From contig JAVJSW010000042.1 in the NCBI GenBank assembly GCA_040219255.1, positions 160,001 through 224,000 of the forward strand: DNA of 64,000 nt, given 5' to 3'. Position 1 is the first letter of the stretch, and every line of letters starts with the position of its first letter. Below the pieces are notes generated by a model. That model had not been told where the DNA came from and made no database searches. It worked only from the letters and a program-made list of their open reading frames with translations. The position numbers and the translations under genes are program-made. This stretch comes from Sumerlaeia bacterium (GTDB lineage: Bacteria; Sumerlaeota; Sumerlaeia; SLMS01; JAHLLQ01). Shown in pieces: positions 60,811-64,000 of the stretch.

Positions 60811-63800
60811 ATGTCCTCCAATCTTTTCTTCAAACGACTGGAATTGCACGGTTTCAAGTCCTTTGGCCACAAGACCCGGGTCGAGTTCCTGCCCGGCTTT
60901 ACCGTGGTGGTGGGGCCGAACGGCTGTGGCAAATCGAACATTCTGGATTCGATTCGGTGGGTGCTGGGCGAGACGAGCGCCAAGAGCCTGCGCGGCGGCA
61001 AGATGGGCGACGTGGTTTTTCGCGGCAGCCAGAGCACCCGTGCGGCGGGTCTGGCTCAGGTGACGCTCACGCTCGACAATGGCCGGGGGTTGCTCAAGCT
61101 CGATCAGCCCGAGGTTTCCATCACGCGCCGGCTTTTCGCCACCGGCGAATCCGAGTACCGCATCAACAACGTCAAGTGCCGCATGCGCGACGTCCACGAA
61201 ATCCTGCTGGATACGGGCCTGGGAGCCGATGGCTACAGCGTCATCGAGCAGGGCCAGGTGGGTCAGATGGTCTCGGCGAAGCCCAGCGAGCGGCGCCAGC
61301 TTTTCGAAGAAGCGGCCGGCATCAGCCGCTACAAGGCCCGCCGCGAGGAAACGCTGCGCAAACTCAAGCGCACCGAGGAAGACCTGACGCGCATTCAGGA
61401 CATCGTCTCGGAAGTCGAGCGCCAGGCGAATTCGCTGCGCAACCAGGCCGCCAAAGCGCGGCGCTACCGCCGGCTCAAAAAGCGCCTGCGCCGCATGCAG
61501 CAGCGCCTCATCGTCCTGCGTCACGCCTCGCTGTCGGGTTTCTACAAGGATACAAAGCAGAAATTCGAAGACGCGAAGAAGGCCTTTGAAGAATCGGCGG
61601 CCGCCGTGGCACGCGCCGACACCGCGGTGGAGACGCTGACCAAGGAAGTCGAAGTTCTGCAAACGCAAGTAACCGAGCTGCAGGGCAAAGGTTACGAGGT
61701 GCAGACGGAACTGGAGCGAGAAAAGTTTCGTGCCCAGAGCGCCAAGCAGCGCATCGCCCAGGCCGATGAACGCTCGACTGCTATCGCCCGCGAACTGGAA
61801 AGCCACGAAGCCCGGCTGGCCACGCTCTCGGGGACCATTGAGGCGCTGGAGCTAGACCTGGCGAACGAGGAAGCGGACCTGCAAGTCAAGCGGGCCGAAT
61901 TGGAAGAACGCACTCGTGAACTGGATGCGTTGCGGGGCCAGGCCAGCGAGGCCGAACGCGAGCGGGCCAAACTGCGCGCCGACCTCAACGACCTGACCCG
62001 CAAGCGCTCGCTTCTGGAAAGCGACAAGCGGCTCGCGGAGAACCTGATCGAGCGCCTCGCGGCGGACCTGGAAACGCAGGAGAAGACCTACGAGGAAGCC
62101 AAGCAGCGGGCCGACACGTCGGAGGAAGAATTCACCGGCCTCATGAACCGGGCCAACGCGATCCGCGAGAGGCTGGAAAATCTGCGGGCGGAACGGAAAG
62201 TCATCGCCGAACGGATCTCTCAGGAAGACGCGAGTCAGCAGCGCCTCAATAGCGTCCTCGAAGCGATGTCCGCCGAATTGAGCCGGACCGCCTCGCGGCT
62301 CCACGCGCTCAAGGAGTTGGAGGAAAACTACGAGGGTCTCTTCCGCGGCGTGAAGGAAGTCATGAAAGCCTCGGACCGCAATGAACTGCGTGGGATCATC
62401 GGCGTGGTGTCCTCCCTGGTGGTCGTGCCCGAGCACCTGGAAATCGCGATGGAAGTGGCCCTCGGCGGAAGCCTGCAGGATATCGTCGTGCAGACCTACG
62501 ACGAAGCGAAGCGGGCCATCGGATTCCTGAAACAGCGCAACTTCGGCCGCGCGACTTTCCTGCCGTTGGATTTCGTGCAGACCGATTTCAACGAGTCGCA
62601 CCTGCAACGCATCTGGGGACGCAAGGGTGTGCTGGGCCTCGGGCGCGATCTGATCGAGTACGACAAGCGCATCGAAGCCGCGATCCGCAACTTGTTCAAG
62701 AGCACGGTCATCGTCGATCATATCGACATCGCAGCGGAATTGCAGCGCGAAGGCATCCGCAACCGGTTCGTTTCGCTGCAGGGCGATGTGGTGAACCCGG
62801 GCGGCGCGCTGACCGGCGGCAGCCATCAGTCCAAGGGCCTGCTCTCGCGAAGCCGGGAAATTCGCGACCTGCAAGACAAAGTGAAGCGCGGCGAGGAAGA
62901 AATCGCCCAGGCGCGCCAACGCTATCAGGAAGCGAAAGACCGCCTCGGCCAGTTGCAGGCCCAGGCGGCGGCGCTGCAAAGTGACCTGCACAATGCGGAA
63001 ATGGACGAAGCCCGCGTGCAGCGCGACCTGCAAGCGAGCGAGCGCGAGCGCAAAGAAACACGCAACCGCATGGCGACGGTGGAAGCGCGCCTGACGCAAT
63101 TGCGTCTCGACCGCCAGAAGCAGACGGAAGTCATCGAGGAAAGCGACCTGAGCACGGGTCAGCTCAACATCCGTATCGAGGAAGCGCAGCGCCTCGTCGA
63201 GGAGCAGGAAGCGGCGGGTTCGGCGCGGCAGCTCGATCTGCAAACGCTGGCCGAGGACGTGGCGGTGCGGCGCGAAGCCCTGGCCGGACAGCGTCAACGG
63301 ACCGAATCGCTCCGCGAGCGGCTGAAGGAAATTCGCCGCGGCATCGAGGAATCGGCCGCCGACCGCCTCAAGCGCGAGGAAGAGCGGACGGCGCTTTCGG
63401 AAGGCAAAATCGAGGCGGAGGCGGAGCGCGAGGCGGCCGATTACAGCATCGGCAACTTGGCCCGCGAACTCGAAGGCATTCAGCAGCAGATCGGCGAGCT
63501 GACGGCCCTGCGCGAGGAGAAAGTCAACCGGCTGCGGTCGGATCAGCTCGAATCGCAGCGCCTTCTGCGCGATCGCAACGAACGCGACAACGCGGTGCGC
63601 GAGGCGGAAGTCAAAGTGGCGGAGTTGAAAGCGCAACTCGAGTACCTGGACCGCGAAGCCCAGGAAGAATTCGAAATGACCGTCGCCGACATCCGCAAAG
63701 CCCTGGAAGAAGAAGCCCGGGCTCAGCAGGAAGCGATGGCGGCGGCGGATGAGGCTCGCAAGAACGCCTACACCGTCGTGCCCGTGGACGAGCAGGAACT

Positions 63801-64000
63801 TCCGCCGGAAGAGGACGAGACCGAAGACGGCAAGGACGAACCGGAAATCTCGCAGTCGGAAGAAGACACGCGGCGCGAAGCGGCGGAAATGGCCGAGGAC
63901 GACACCTTTGTGGCGCCCGCGGACCTGCGCGCGCGAGTCACGGATTTGCGCGAGAAGTTGGCAAAAATCGGCGCCGTCAACGAAGCAGCCATCGAGGAAT
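60811..64000 (+). CDS. smc: Chromosome segregation protein SMC (C-terminus beyond the window)
   Basis: Manual translation: MSSNLFFKRLELHGFKSF...VVGPNGCGKSNILDSIRWVLGE...IEQGQV...FEEAAGISRYK; hinge GRATFLPL, GALTGG; ends at ...IGAVNEAAIEE. Confidence 0.96.
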   Translation, partial: MSSNLFFKRLELHGFKSFGHKTRVEFLPGFTVVVGPNGCGKSNILDSIRWVLGETSAKSLRGGKMGDVVFRGSQSTRAAGLAQVTLTLDNGRGLLKLDQPEVSITRRLFATGESEYRINNVKCRMRDVHEILLDTGLGADGYSVIEQGQVGQMVSAKPSERRQLFEEAAGISRYKARREETLRKLKRTEEDLTRIQDIVSEVERQANSLRNQAAKARRYRRLKKRLRRMQQRLIVLRHASLSGFYKDTKQKFEDAKKAFEESAAAVARADTAVETLTKEVEVLQTQVTELQGKGYEVQTELEREKFRAQSAKQRIAQADERSTAIARELESHEARLATLSGTIEALELDLANEEADLQVKRAELEERTRELDALRGQASEAERERAKLRADLNDLTRKRSLLESDKRLAENLIERLAADLETQEKTYEEAKQRADTSEEEFTGLMNRANAIRERLENLRAERKVIAERISQEDASQQRLNSVLEAMSAELSRTASRLHALKELEENYEGLFRGVKEVMKASDRNELRGIIGVVSSLVVVPEHLEIAMEVALGGSLQDIVVQTYDEAKRAIGFLKQRNFGRATFLPLDFVQTDFNESHLQRIWGRKGVLGLGRDLIEYDKRIEAAIRNLFKSTVIVDHIDIAAELQREGIRNRFVSLQGDVVNPGGALTGGSHQSKGLLSRSREIRDLQDKVKRGEEEIAQARQRYQEAKDRLGQLQAQAAALQSDLHNAEMDEARVQRDLQASERERKETRNRMATVEARLTQLRLDRQKQTEVIEESDLSTGQLNIRIEEAQRLVEEQEAAGSARQLDLQTLAEDVAVRREALAGQRQRTESLRERLKEIRRGIEESAADRLKREEERTALSEGKIEAEAEREAADYSIGNLARELEGIQQQIGELTALREEKVNRLRSDQLESQRLLRDRNERDNAVREAEVKVAELKAQLEYLDREAQEEFEMTVADIRKALEEEARAQQEAMAAADEARKNAYTVVPVDEQELPPEEDETEDGKDEPEISQSEEDTRREAAEMAEDDTFVAPADLRARVTDLREKLAKIGAVNEAAIEE

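Noticed and set aside
60573-61037. N-terminal extension of the MoxR ORF
   Set aside because: It runs antisense into smc and across the divergent promoter region; low-complexity translation.
60811-64000. SMC as part of a Wadjet/MksBEF-type defence system with the MoxR locus
   Set aside because: The sequence is canonical housekeeping SMC (head and hinge motifs), divergently transcribed; no jetA/B/D-like genes are adjacent in the window.

Overview
High-GC bacterial chromosomal window with about 50 protein-coding genes and no recognisable rRNA, tRNA, CRISPR array or transposase. Protein style suggests Candidatus Sumerlaeota (BRC1) or a related PVC-like lineage (inference from the prepilin type, the C-terminal V-x-x-W-x-x-F tail and the dockerin-like tail). 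Housekeeping genes: speA, ispE, lpdA, xseA, glyQS, pyrG, nadB, smc (partial) and bshC. Accessory items of interest: (1) a four-gene MoxR/RavA AAA+ and degenerate-vWA locus at 54.6-60.6 kb that resembles a rearranged or partial 'FtsH ternary' conflict system; (2) a LysR, secreted cyanophycinase and YfcC transporter unit flanked by two paralogous M42/M28-like peptidases; (3) GalE fused to a GspE/PilB N-terminal (T2SSE_N)-like domain; (4) a Cys-to-Ser pseudo-phosphatase fused to a cytochrome c'-like domain; (5) an HtrA with probably four PDZ domains, paired with a catalytically dead trypsin-like paralogue; (6) a GH13 amylase with a dockerin-like tail plus two tandem cohesin-like proteins; (7) lower-GC patches with a Cys-rich secreted mini-protein and two orphan immunity-like genes; (8) a VapBC-type pair. 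All family calls come from motif recognition by eye, not from database searches.
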